43,905 bases of DNA from Psammoneis japonica (Eukaryota): the NCBI GenBank assembly GCA_008632985.1, contig QPGO01000232.1, positions 62,001 to 105,905 of the forward strand. Reading direction: 5' to 3'. The notes beneath the pieces are model-generated. The model did no database searches and was not told the origin of the DNA. It was given only the letters and a program-made list of their open reading frames with translations. Both the position numbers and the translations under genes were made by a program. Below are positions 22,001-33,120 of this stretch, one piece after another. Position 1 is the first letter of the stretch, and each line of letters begins with the position of its first letter.

Positions 22001-23502
22001 AAGTTTCAACCAGCACAGCTGCTCCGACACCGTCACCTACAAATAGCATTCCAATTACGGAACTACCAACACAAGATCCCGCGTCGCCACCGTCGACTCC
22101 GGGTCCAACGACTCTCAATCCAACATCGTTGCCGACGACAAACCCTACTCCTCGTCCAACTCTCAATCCAACACCTCGTCCTACACTCAATCCAACGCCT
22201 CGTCCAACTCTCAATCCAACTCCACGCCCCACTCCATCACCAGCTCCAACAACACCCAATCCCACCAGTGGTGGTGGCAGTTTGCCGCCAAATGGCCCAT
22301 GGGATCCCGTCGGACAAGTCTTGCACGGCAAGGCTGAAGATGATCGTTTTGGCAAATCCGTGTCCTTGTCTCGTGATGGCAGTGTCATGGCTGTTGGAGC
22401 AAATCAATGGGCATCACCTTCCAATCCCGGCTATGTTGTTGTGCAACGATACAATCCAAACACCCAACAATGGGAACAAATTGGCCAAGAATTGATTGGA
22501 CAAGCCGATCATGACGATTTTGGCAATTCTGTTTCGTTAAATGGCGACGGCACAATTCTTGCGGTTGGAGCTGATGCAAATGACAGTGGTGGAACAAATG
22601 CCGGTCACGTTCGTGTGTTTGAATACAACTCGGCATTGGATCGTTGGGTTCAACTCGGCAGTGACATTCTTGGACAAGACGCTGGTGATTTATTTGGTGA
22701 TTCCGTGTCGCTCTCGGACGCGGGAGACATTCTTGCCGTGGGAGCTTACGGTGATGACACGGAAAATGGCGACGAATCTGGATCGGTTCGATTGTTTCGA
22801 TACGACCGCGGCTCCTCATCCTGGAACCAACTCGGACAAACTCTCATTGGTCAAGCTGCCTATGATTATTTTGGAATTTCCGTTTCGTTGAATGCGCAGG
22901 GAAACATTGTTGGTGTTGGAGCGAGTGGAAATGATGCGGGTGGAAACAATGCGGGTCAAGTGTTGGTGTACGAATACAATTCTGCGTCATCAAAATGGGA
23001 TCCGCTGGGTGATCCAATCAATGGCCAAGTCATTGAAGGCATATTTGGACATTCTGTTTCTCTTGACGACAGCGGTTTGATCGTGGCCGCGGGTGCACTT
23101 GGATATAACAACGAGAGGGTTTTGGTTTATTCGTACAGCCGCTCGACTTTGACATGGAAGCAACGTGACCAAACTCTCTTGACACAACAGCCTGGCAACA
23201 CAATTTTGGTTGGTCCGTGTCATTGAGTGGCAATGGAAATGTCTTGGCGGTCGGAAGCATTGGGCATGACGTCAATGGATTGATCAATGCGGGTCAAGTT
23301 CAAATCTTTCAGTATGACGTCAATGCAGACGAATGGAAGCAAGTTGGAGATGCTTTAAATGGCGAGGCTGAACGTGATTGGTTTGGACATTCCGTGTCCT
23401 TGTCGGCCGACGGAAGCTTCGTTGGAGTTGGTGCACGGAATGCTGACGTCAATGGCGACGAGTCCGGATCGGCGTATGCATTCACAGTAAATGAGGAATT
23501 AG
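19061..23502 (+). CDS. Receptor-like kinase copy 1: MLKL/HeLo-like N-terminal helical domain + TKL kinase + TM + Pro/Thr stalk + 7-blade FG-GAP propeller (~1480 aa after correcting 1-bp indels at ~19830, ~23195, ~23495)
   Basis: Joins ORFs 19061-19846, 19831-23226 and 23217-. Kinase motifs GAGTFG, VAIK, HRDLKPEN, DFG, APE and DQYSFG are present. TM FIIPGVVLLAIAAIVSIVVAV follows RKYLRKR. Seven D-x-FG-x-SVSL...AVGA repeats. Copy 2 is open across each indel. Confidence 0.85.
20831..20938 (+). repeat. 54-bp coding tandem repeat (DLRVQKEQSASSRRKKRP x2); also at ~36008-36115
   Basis: Direct repeat visible in DNA and protein. Confidence 0.9.
22108..22235 (+). repeat. 24-bp coding repeats (PTLNPTPR) forming a mucin-like stalk; also at ~37282-37410
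   Basis: Repeated ACTCTCAATCCAAC units in frame. Confidence 0.85.
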
Positions 23503-25315
23503 AAAATGTATTTTGTATTTCATCCTCTTGTGTCAATCACACTGTATTTTTTGTAGTTTAGTTCACTTGGTAGACCGTACATTGCGTCGCATGGCTCGTG
23601 TCATTGTGTGCTGTTTTTCGCGTTTGTTCCAAAAATCAAAAAAGTCTGTCTGTCGTGCGATTCCGCTAGTCTATCACGAACCACACATCACACACACACA
23701 CATCACACATCGGCTCGCGGTCTTGAACAACCATGACGCTACACCAACAGCACTACGAATCAACATGTAACAACAACAACAACGATGTCATAACGTTTGG
23801 AGGATTATCCGCCTCGTGAGTAGAACACATCAACAATGAGAGTTGTTTTGAACAAACTGTGTTGTTGTTGCATGAGTCGAATGCTGCCGCTTGTGAAAAT
23901 CATTGACACGCTGCTGCTGCCACGCACGCTACAATATTGTTGTTGTACATGTCTACGCACTCTCATACTCATCACTCCTTCTCTTTCACACACTCTCTCT
24001 CTCTCTCTCTTGACTACACGTAATGATTCACTTAAGTGTTGTCAAGACACACAAGTCCTTTGAGGGCTTGACTGCAGCCACCGGGGAGCATGCCCACAGA
24101 GTATGGAATCAGCAGCAGAGCCGGAACCAGTCAATCAAAAGTCAAGCAACTGTCTCAGCAAGCACTCATAGGAATGGTGGAGCGAAGGTATTGTACGAGT
24201 ATACTGGATGCAACCAAAGAACGATTTCTGTGATGCGGTTTGTTCGGTCGCTTCTATTCGGATATGCTGCTGGAGAAACGCGTTGCTGCTGCTGCCACTG
24301 CTCCTACAAAGGACAATAGCGAGTCGCTCGTGGCATGCGCAGCGAAATAAGCTCCTTTTGTTGGATGTGCATCCTTGATGAATATGACGTTGGAGAGAAA
24401 CCAATGGTGCTGCCACGCACGCTGTTGTTGTTGTTGTCATGCATGTCTACGTACTCTCTCAAACGAAATTAAAAATGGCCTCCATCCACACTAGTTTGGG
24501 CGTGCGACTCTGTGAATGTTGCTGAGCTCTTTCGAGATGTGGGCTTTGAACAACGCGTCGGTTATTATGCAGTGATGTGTTTTGAATGTACGTGTTTGAT
24601 GTTGTTTCCATGTATTGCTGATTCATAACCATCTGCAGCGACCTGGGTGGTAATGTATGGATTTTTTGGAAAAGAGTTGCAACTCGTATAAAGTGGATTG
24701 GAAACCACGTGTGTCTCGCGGTCGGACAGTTCTCCAGCACAAACCATGGCGGCGCCTGTTGGATATCATACAGTGAACAAGTAGCGGGTGGAACGGGCTT
24801 GTTGGGAACTGCTGTGGTGGGACTAGACGAAAAAGCGCGATGAGGAAATCAACATCCAAACAACCACAACCGAAGGGGGGTGCACGGTGCCGGTACTGCT
24901 ACTACTACTACTACTGCTACTGCTGTACGAACTATATAACAACAATGACACGGATGATTATGACTTTGGAAATGTCGATATCTTTGTTTCGACCATTCCA
25001 TCGACACCCGTCAATATTAACGATGACAACGACAAGAAGGATGACGAAGAGTATTAGTAGTATCAACAATGGCACTAATAACAATGGCGCGGTGGTGGAA
25101 ATATCATTTCATCCTATGGAGACTTGAAAGCACGATTTGCCGATAAACTCAACAAAAAAAAAAGGGACCGCTTGGCTGCTTGTGGGATGTCTTTGTTCCT
25201 CCCTACTACTGCTGCGAATAATAAGGACAAGGACAATGAAAACTACAATGACCTTGGAGATGCCGATAGAGGAAGGGGTTCCTTTGATACCACATGCGTG
25301 GCGGAATATAAAAAT

Positions 25316-26224
25316 GTACAATTGCAAGAACGAAACTGAATCCTCGAGACGGTTGGGAAGCGATGGAGGATGAAGTCGTGAATCATGAGCGCTGCTCCGA
25401 CTCGACTGTTGTTGCAAATAATATATTGTCGGCCTATACTGTGCAACCCGTCTGGAAGACACTCTCTGCATTGGGGTGTTTGTCTTGGAATCGGTAGAGC
25501 CTGAACCATGGTCTCTCAAAAATTCAAACTCCTGTCTCGGCAAACAATGCAGGCACGGTGGAGCAAGCGTACTGGATGCAACGAACGATTCGTGACGTGG
25601 TCTTGGAATTTTTGCGCTCTCTTCATTTCGCCAGATGCTTTTTTTGGATTTCCAAGAAACTCTCTAGACTGACTGCTCTCCACTCTCTAGCTGTAGCTCT
25701 AGAGATCCCTACATAAAGAGTAACACGTCCCCAGCTGCTAGTAGAGCCACTCTCTCACATGACAGTACAACTTGCAAGAACGAAACTGAATCCTCGAGAC
25801 GGTTGGGAAGCGATGGAGGATGAATTCATGAATCATGAGCGCTGCTCCGACTCGACTGTTGTTGCAAATGATATATTGTCGGCCTATACTCTGCAACCCG
25901 TCTGGAAGACACTCTCTGCATTGCTAAGGAGTAGTTGTCTTGGAGTCGGTAGAGGCTGAACCATGGTCTCTCAAAAATTCAAACTCCTGTCTCGGCAAAC
26001 AATGCAGGCACGGTGGAGCAAGCGTACTGGATGCAACGAACGATTCGTGACGTGGTCTTGGAATTTCTGCGCTCTCTTCATTTCGCCAGATGCTTTTTTT
26101 GGATTTCCAAGAAACTCTCTAGACTGACTGCTCTCCACTCTCTAGCTGTAGCTCTAGAGATCCCTACATAAAGAGTAACACGTCCCAGCTGCCAGTAGAG
26201 CCACTCTCTTGCACGACAGTACAA
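25316..26224 (+). repeat. Tandem duplication of a ~450-bp unit (25316-25764, 25765-26218) bounded by GTACAA
   Basis: Near-identical units starting GTACAA(C)TTGCAAGAACGAAACTGAATCC; GTACAA recurs at 26219. Confidence 0.92.
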
Positions 26225-26633
26225 TAGAGAGAGAGAGTGCTTTGGATTTTAAGAGAGATAATAGAGGACGCACACAGCATGCTATGCTAGCTAGCTGCTT
26301 TCCGTCCCAGCTTCGTGGCACCACGTGTAAAAATTAACCCCCCATTTTTAACCAAATGCCCACCTCGATCGACTGGCAGTAACCAGATACGAAGTTCAGC
26401 ACACTTTTGGGGGCCTAGAGAATGGGGGTGAACGTTAGTTACTAACTAACCAATCACTGAATGCTGACTTTGCACTTGCCCGTGTGACAAAGGTGCACCA
26501 CGAAAAGTTAGTTTTATTTTGAAATACCGAGATACCATGAACAACACATGCCCATTGCATTCTTGCAAGACATTGTTTTTTAAAGACTGGGAGACCGATG
26601 ATGCTCATGTCTTGTGCACTTTGTAGCTCTGCT

Positions 26634-27608
26634 CTAGCTAGCTGGGGTCAAAGTCCAACTGTTTTTTTGGATCAACGATTCGATTCGAATGGGTCGAATT
26701 TCATTCCCGAGTCGTCGTGACTCGTTCACACGGTGCGTGTCTAGTGTTTTCCAATCAACCAGTTCATGCTTGTACCAGTCCGGGAATCCGTCATGTTGAT
26801 GGGTGAAGTGGATTTCGCTGTCGCCATGAAACCTGCATGCGGCAACCGCGGCATTCATGCCGGTTCCGCATCGCTTCCAGTCGCGGTGCCGCCACATGCC
26901 TGCAACTCTTTTTTTGTGGGAGCCTTGTTTGCCTGTAAAGCGCTGCTCAATCAGAGCTGTCATTGGACGTGCAACCGATTCGTTTGGGTTGCCGGGGCCG
27001 TGTGTGTCGTCACAGTGAATGTCCGCATGCCGCGCAAGTCGGAGCTGATCGCCTCGCATCATGGTCTGGCTGCAGCTGGTCCGTGCCACCGCCAAGTTCT
27101 TCCAAGCTGCAGACTGAACAACGCAGTTCAAAATTTTGTCCTCAGCAATGCGAGGTGGAGCATCCGCAGGCAGCTTGTCGTGAGCTGATGCAAACTCAGT
27201 GAGCAAATTTTGGGTGCATCGCTCCTTGTGTGCCACCAGAGCGACGTCAACTGCCTCTGATCTCACAACGAATTTTGGATTGGGAGGTTTGTGCTCCTCC
27301 CAAGATGAACAATGCTGCAGTGACCAAATGACATGCTTGGCCGACTTTGGCGTGACGTCTCTTTTTGACACTGCTTCCAAGAAGTGCCGGTCGACCTGGT
27401 CTCGCGTCAAGTGAGGCGGCCCCGACAGAGCCGGCGATTCGTCCACCCATCTTTTGCATGCACTCCACTCAGTGACAAAGTGCCATCCACCTTGGGTGGT
27501 GTGATGGTTTGGGCCAACAAGTCTCCCATGGAGACTAGAGACACCATCGTGTGGGTCTCTTCTTTGCATTGTGACAGCCTCGAGGGATCGTTTTTGGGGT
27601 GCACCCAC
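26634..27608 (-). mobile_element. Decayed Crypton-like tyrosine-recombinase (Ndc10-like) transposon ORF, copy 1
   Basis: MMRGDQLR (catalytic-Arg-like) and GKQG..KRVAGMWRHRDWKRCGTGMNAAVAACRF resemble the Crypton/Ndc10 G-x-x-RH-x-D-x-x-x-C...RF motif (recalled). Lies in TA-depleted DNA. Confidence 0.6.
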
Positions 27609-28019
27609 CTCACTGTCAAAAGAAAAGAGGTTTTTGAAATCAAACGCTCACTTGTGGCGGTCGACAAGTGGAGTCGTTTCGAAACATGTTGACATTCGAG
27701 TGGGAAGAAAGAACATTTCGACAAGTGGATTTTGTGTCATGCCCTGTTCTGAAGGTTCTTGTCTTCACCAACCACAGGCCTGTCCGGGGTCCGGGAACCA
27801 GTTCCAGGGGTGGTTCCGGCGCCGGCCTCCTGCGGGCAGGAACTGCTGAGGACTCCCCCCGGATGGCTCGGTCAACCCGTGATGTCAGGGGAAAGCGTGC
27901 CCCCCAATCAGCGGTGGTTGTTCCTGCCAACCGAGGTCGCGCGACCCACCACTCGAGACTTGTGACTCAAAGTCACGAGCGCTCGTGCCATTGAGACGAC
28001 TCTCTCTCTCTCTCTCTCT

Positions 28020-29230
28020 CTAGAGTGGCCAGTGGCCTGCTCTCGCTCTCTCTGGAGGCAGAGCCAAAGCAGAGAACAGAGAGCAAGTCCAGAGAGCAGA
28101 GGCCACTGCTGTTGTTGCCATGGTGACTGCTGTTGCCATCTCTGCTGCTGTTGTGGCTCTGCCTCCTCTGCCAGTTTGCTGCTCTGTCATTGCACGAGCA
28201 CTCACGAGCCATCGCATCCATGCCAAGCTCATCTCATCACTGTGTTGCATTGGCGACCACTCATTGCAGCTTTTCAAAGGCCACACTTGACAAAAACCAG
28301 AGCTGTGCACTTTGTGAAGAAATGCTGCAGATGTTTGGTTGGCCAGCTGCAGATCCGCAGCACACCAATGTGAAACATGATGCTGGTCAATTTTGGTTGA
28401 CCCAGAGTTTTCAAACAAGCTGCCCATCACTTTTTTTTGCCTGGCTGCCCCCAACTCTGACTTTTCATTTTTGAGTCTCACTGCAGTTGCTGGGTTTGTT
28501 TTGCACGTGGCTCCTTCAGTGTTTTGCCAGTGCTTTGTCAAATCTTTCATGCCAGCCCTTGTTGGTGAGTTTCCTGCTTGAGCCTGGTTGGAGATCCGGG
28601 ATTCCAGGAAACACAGCCTTGTGCACTTGCAGCAAAATGTCCAAATCTTGATTTGTTGTGCCATTTGCACACACCTTCCAAGCAGTGTCACATCATCCAC
28701 CCACGACTTCTTTGTTCTTGAATCTCAACCCACAAATTTGCCAGCATGTCTTGTTCTCTGATTTTTCACTTCAGCACAGCTCTCTCCAACTCAAAACACT
28801 TTGCTGAGCACATCACAGTTGCTCTGTTGGAAGTCTCAAAAGGTCCCCTGGTGCCAAACTGGTGCAGCATCTCTTGCTTGGGCAATGGCAGCCCAGAGCT
28901 GGTCTTCAGCCATCTCATCACACTCGGTCACCACTGCAAGTCCAATCTCTTTGGCCAAAACTTTCTCTTGCACCACCACCTTTTTGCACTTCAACACAGT
29001 GGGTGCCAGAAATCTGGCTGCTGGCGGGTGGTGTCGCGACAAAGCAAAAGGCATGCTCCAATGTTTTGTGCACAGAGCTTCTGTTGTGATGGTCCAAAAA
29101 ATGACAAATGTTCAGACACCCATGACACCCTGTCAATGTCATCGTCAGCTCCCGCGGGTTTTTGACAAGTTCTCCGTGCAGTGTCAGTTGTCACTGCGGT
29201 GATGGTCTGTGCGCTAATCCGGAGCACATC
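28020..29230 (-). pseudogene. Unidentified TA-depleted decayed ORF, probably part of the same mobile element
   Basis: Protein-like minus-strand frame broken by TGA stops, with no Tyr; no family recognised. Confidence 0.35.
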
Positions 29231-29495
29231 ACCTGCCATGCCAATTTCGAATGATTGCGGTTGATGATTCGTTCGATTCGAGTCCGGGTTCTGAGCTCAC
29301 CGATCATGGATTTACCGCACTGGATGGAGCCGCGGCCGTCGCAAAACAACACCATGATGCCTCTTTACCTCTCTTGTTGATACTACTGTAATTGCATTGT
29401 CATCATGGCTTCGTGGTATACAGAAACAACAATATTGTCGTCGCTGTTGTCTGCTGCTTACGTCATAACAACACCGATGCCGTTCAAGCATACCG

Positions 29496-31980
29496 GTCAA
29501 GCCCGGAAGCTTTTTCCAATTTCTAACCTATCTCTACGCGGAACGCAAGTTTATTCTTGTCATCTTGATTCACTTTGTTTGTACCATGGTAATTTGGGGT
29601 GAGTAGAGTATATTGTATGATTGAGTTGTGTGTGTGTGTGTGTGTGATTTGCTATACTCATCTCAAACATACCGCCGCACCTCTATACCGTACTCCCTAA
29701 CATAATACTACAGCACACTTCTTTGTGGTCAAGTTTCATCAACAAGAAAACAAAGTACCCGAGGACGCAAATCGATATTGGTGGAAACGTCTCGCTCCGC
29801 CACTCGAGTTTGGAGCCATGCATGCCATTTTGTTTCAAATGGCATTCCTACCGCTCACCATGGCTCGGCTCTCCATTGCGGCAGCCTCCAAAACATCTCT
29901 CAATACGTACTTTCCCTTCAACAAGAGTCAGCGCATTCATATTCATTTGGGATACGTCTTTGGGAGCATTGTTGTGATTGCCACGATTTTCTTTTTTGCC
30001 TTTTTTGGATTGCTTTGTTCCGATGGCGAACAAGCGTTTTGTGACAAGTTTACGTCGGAAATCATGATTACGGGGTACATTACCGTGGCCTTTGTCTTGA
30101 TTATCCTCTCTACATCATTCTTTCGAGATTACATGCCATACGAAGTCTTTTATGGCATTCATCATTTGGTATTTGCCATGTACCTGGTGGTCTTGTTGCA
30201 TACGATCGATATCAACGTTCGAAAGGACGGACAGAATCGGAGTCAAACCTTCAAGTGGTTTTCGGCGACACTCTTGTACTACGTTTCGGACCGCCTTGCC
30301 ATGCGGCTTAATCATCGCTACAAGACGCGTGTCCTTCAAGCCAAAATTGTCAAGAATACAAAGTCGAGTATGATTTTGCTACAGCTCAGACGTCCGTCCT
30401 TGTTTCAATACGAACCGGGTCAGTACGCGCATCTTCGGTTTCCCGACATTGATTCGTATTGGCATCCCTTTTCGATTGGAAGCAGTCCGGATTCCAACGT
30501 GTTGGAGTTTTATATTGAAGTCTATGACGACAAATCGTGGACGGGAAAACTCTGTCAATTGTTGGGTAATGACGTTAGCCACGAGAATGTTCGTGTTCAA
30601 GTCACGGGCCCGTACGGAACACGCTTGGGTGATACTCATCGATACTCTCATGCCATGGCTATTGGCAGTGGTTCTGGTGTCGTTCCCATTTTGGGACTCT
30701 ACAAAAAGCACATTTGTCAGCTACTCCGATTGGACCCACAAACATACTTTGAAGAACAAGCTCAAATGCATTCGCAACTCAAGCGTATGGAACGAGCGCG
30801 AGAACAAACACGTGGATCGTGGCTCAACTACTTTTTGCGGTGTTCACCTCAACCGACCCGACACGAAATGGGCGTCATTTCGGGAATCTTTGATTCGAGC
30901 GATGCCGAAACCAAGGACTTGCGAGAGGCGGCCAAGCGTGCGTCTTTACCGATTTATGGCGTCAATATATTGATGCAACTGGTTGTCTTGGGAGTAATCA
31001 TGTTGGGATTGACCTTGTCGTGGAATACCATGCCGTTTGAACTCTACGACGGCATGCGAGAAGTGTTGATTGTTGGCTCGATTGTGTTTCAAGGCGCCTT
31101 TGCCGTTGTGTCGATTGGATACTGGGACCGCGGCTCGTTGCTGGCGTATGTTGATGTTTTGATTGTCATTGCTGGTGCCGTGGCCAATTGGTATTGGTTT
31201 GAGTACGACAAGTGGGCCAACTTTGAAGCGGCAGAGCATGTGTATTACATCTTGTTGTTTGGATACATGACGGCGCGGTTGTGGCATTCGGCCGTCAAGC
31301 CACGATACTGTTCATTGCGGAGCAGCTTGGAACGACAACACACGAGTTCAGCATTGGACAAGCTGCACTTTGTTTGGATTACGCGTTCATCCACCAACGT
31401 TTTGAAGATTGCACCCACAATCATGCAAGAATGGAATGCGCTTGTTGCGGCGTGGGGATTGGAGAATGCCGTCAAGGTGTGTCAGGTTTCTATTTACGTT
31501 ACCGACAAGGACAAGGCCGCCGTGGGCTATCTCAAGCAGGAGTTGTCCAAGACGCCCCTTTACAAGCAAGGTGCATTCCATTATGAGCGTCCTGACATTT
31601 CCAAATTGTTGGAAGAGCATGCCATGGAACGCATTTATGATGAGAGTCGTCCCACCTCGTCTACCCTCTTGTGCTTTTGCGGATCTCCCAAGCTATCATC
31701 AGTGATAAGCAAAGCCAAGACCATTGTGGATATATCAACAATGATTACGGGAAACAAGTACCACCAAATGGATTTCGTTTCCGAGAGTTACAGTGCCTAC
31801 ACGAAGCGTCCGTCGTCGTCGAACAATAGCAACGCGGTAGTTGTCGCTGCCTCGGCAAAGACGCCACAGTACAGTGTCTTTATGGATTCACCCAGCTTTA
31901 TGGAGAAGCAACATTCGGGAGATGAATTGGATACGACGGATACCTTTGAAGACAATGAGGACCACCTTATTTCCATTTGA
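29496..31980 (+). CDS. NOX: NADPH oxidase (NOX/RBOH) copy 2; intron 29599-29713, exon 2 29714-31980; start codon unresolved
   Basis: Uninterrupted 751-aa ORF (29725-31980) with all NOX motifs. The shared part of exon 1 begins at 29496; upstream sequence differs from copy 1. Confidence 0.92.
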
Positions 31981-32189
31981 GACTACAGAGGATCGTGGAC
32001 GGCACGCAACTTTAGAATTGTTTTAGTTTACCTTGCGCATTTATAATTTATAACTACCTCAGCATACATTGATTGTCTTCAGCCTGTGATTCATAACTAC
32101 CCCAGCATGCATTGATCGATTTCAGCTTTTGTGTGTTAGTCTTTTCAATTGAGAACTAGATGCATTTACAATGCCTCCAGTTCCATTTG

Positions 32190-33120
32190 AGATGTGCATC
32201 TGGCTTTTAGAGGCACATGCTGGGAAGCCATTTTGCTTCATTTTTCCTTGAGCAACTTCCACAAGAAGCTCGAAAATGCCCAACCTGGCCTGATTGCGAA
32301 ACTTCTGCGTGCAGCCAAGATGGAAGACTGCAATGGATCTCCAACTCCTGCCCTTCCCATCTCTGTTGGCAGTGACACAGAAGGCCCACCATTCGATGAA
32401 CCTTGTGACTGCCGATCTGTGGTTGGCATGTTGATGCATCCAGTGCCCAACAGCTGTCTGGACATCATCTGCACTGCCCATCAATTTGCTTGGTTCTCCT
32501 GTGCTCCAAAAGCCTCCCATGCCATTGCTGTCCAATGCATTCTTTGACACTTGAAGGACACGACTGACAAAGGGCTCATCCCAGCCCCAACCATGGATCA
32601 ACGACTTGATTGTCATGTTGATGCCAATTTTGTGGGTCTCTTCCATGTTGAGGATGATCAGGTTCCTGCTTCTGTTAAGTCTCGCACAGGATGTCCAAGC
32701 TGCAGCGGCCCCTCATGGTTTTGTCTCTGCTGTTGGAGGCAGAGAATGTTTCTCTCCCAATCAATGCATGGCCTCATTCCCCTTTGTGAGATCTTGAAGG
32801 AAATCAATGCACATGCTTTTGGTCAGCTGGACAGGAAGAATGGCATCACCACACATGCCAAGGCTTTCCAACCCACCAACGATGGAACCAATTCACCCCC
32901 CATTGCCTCTGCCAGCATCAGCTTGCTCACACGCCAAAACTGTCCCCACAAACCAAGCACACCATCGTGCCTTGTCACCAGTTTTGTGCTGAAGTTGAGG
33001 CTTTGGAGATCAAGATTGAGCCTGTCAGCTCTGCTGCACAGCTTGCTGACCAGTTTGCTGGGGGTTTGACTGCTGCTGATCTGTTCTGCACTTGTTGTGG
33101 GGCCCTCATGGGCTGGCGAC
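32190..33120 (+). mobile_element. Decayed Ty1/copia RT-RNaseH fragment, copy 2
   Basis: Duplicate of 17020-17950. Confidence 0.9.

Larger units (their letters stand above)
14338..28927 (+). repeat. ~15.1-kb tandem segmental duplication, copy 1
   Basis: Colinear with 29496-43905 from GTCAAGCCCGGAAG onward (offset ~15158, falling to ~14980). Confidence 0.97.

Noticed and set aside
22108..22235. Regular 24-bp repeats resembling a CRISPR array
   Set aside because: In-frame coding PTLNPTPR repeats with no unique spacers and no cas genes, in a eukaryotic context.
21927..22388. Antisense Gly/Val/Arg-rich ORF (also 37101-37505)
   Set aside because: Mirror of the Pro/Thr stalk codons on the sense strand.
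29627..29646. (TG)n expansion in the NOX copy 2 intron and (CT)n tracts at ~23993 and ~28000
   Set aside because: Ordinary microsatellites.
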